Assembly: GCF_006345805.1 (NCBI RefSeq)
Contig: NW_021835502.1
Coordinates: 1-39,826, forward strand
From: Octopus sinensis
Taxonomy: Eukaryota
DNA length: 39,826 nt
Direction: 5' to 3'
Both the position numbers and the translations under genes were made by a program. Within the stretch, counting starts at the first letter, position 1, and every line of letters begins with the position of its first letter. This document shows, piece by piece, positions 38,778 to 39,826 of the stretch. Under the pieces are notes generated by a model. That model saw only the letters and a program-made list of their open reading frames with translations, did not search any database and had not been told where the DNA came from.

Positions 38778-39790
38778 TTACATTGGACATACAGGAATGT
38801 CGCGCATGAAAGCATTTATGAGAAGTTATGTGTACTGGCCGAAGATGGTTAAAGATATCGAAACTCTTGTAAGATATTGCAGAGGCTGTACTCGGACCAC
38901 GAAATCACCTACTGTAAGATATCAACCGTGGCCAAAGACTGTGTCACCGTGGTTGAGACTTCACATAGTCTTCGCTGGCCCACTATATGGAAACTATTTT
39001 CTAGTAGTCGTGGGTAGCTTCACAAAATGGCCGGGAGCATATAAATATACACTTCCCACGTCTTCTGCGATAATTAATTTCCTTCATGAGATATTTTCTC
39101 GATATGGCATATCGGATACCATTGTAACCGATAATAGGACACAGTTTACAGGATCCCAGTTCAGAGATTTCTGCCAGATGTTCCAAATTGGTCATATAAC
39201 CACACCACCATATCAACCAAATCAAATATTCAGGCGGAACGGTGCGTGGACATGTTCAAGAGGGCATTAAGGAAAGTGAACAACGGAAGAATTGATGACC
39301 TGGCATTAATAAAATTTATTAGAGTATGCAGAGTTAACCCAAACACATCATCAGATAAATCCCTTGACAAACGAATATTCCTGAGAAAGATTAAGTCCAT
39401 ATTTGACAAACTGCTGTCAAACAGAAAGAAACTTGGAAAGTGCTACGCCGAGAAATTAGGCGAAAGTCGGCGAAAAAGTGCTTTTTAAAACATACAGAAT
39501 TGGAAAGCAATCATGGAGGGACGGTATTATTTGTAATAGGATTGGGGAAATGATCTATATGGTAAAAAGGCAAAGGAACAAGTGTTCGATTTCAAGACAT
39601 GCAAACCATTTGAGAAAAAGATACACCGAGGATAATGATAAAATAATTGAAGAACGGATGGATTTTATGTACACTATGTTTAAAGTATCATTACTAGATA
39701 AAAAATGACACATCCGTTCGGAGTAGTACTGGAAAGAGGAAATTTCCAGAGCCTTTAATGTTTGACTCAAAGAGGAAAAAGTACTGAACT
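38778..39790 (+). pseudogene. Ty3/Gypsy LTR-retrotransposon integrase pseudogene (zinc-binding + rve core + C-terminal region)
   Basis: GHTGMSRMKAFMRSYVYWP...CRGC, PWLRLHIVFAGP, IFSRYGISDTIVTDNRTQF, HITTPPYQP; frameshifted QAERCVDMFKRAL; RHANHLRKRY. The first catalytic D position reads G. Confidence 0.92.
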
Positions 39791-39826
39791 CCGATCGGAG
39801 TTGATTCTTTTTTAAAGGCGAGATGT

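Overview
AT-rich, microsatellite-dense eukaryotic DNA. The repeat families and simple-repeat load look like a cephalopod (Octopus-like) genome; this is inferred from recall, not from a database search. No intact host protein-coding gene is supportable, and nearly all ORF-track entries are translations of di-, tri- or tetranucleotide repeats. The window is a transposon graveyard. It holds three tRNA-derived SINE families (A, B, C), an internally deleted mariner, a decayed DD37D/maT transposon, a Penelope-like RT relic, an RTE 3' end, two R4/Dong-like 3' ends in or beside (TAA)n tracts, a Gypsy integrase pseudogene, and short Penelope-type terminal fragments with hammerhead-like motifs. The most interesting signals concern retroelement behaviour. 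SINE A forms head-to-tail multimers at five loci through one recurrent palindromic junction (GAAATA-GG-TATTTC). SINE C carries one head with three different 3' tails, and one copy has a quadruplicated Pol III A-box. Dong-like elements sit antisense in SINE-derived (ATT)n tails. Two long foldback hairpins are also present.
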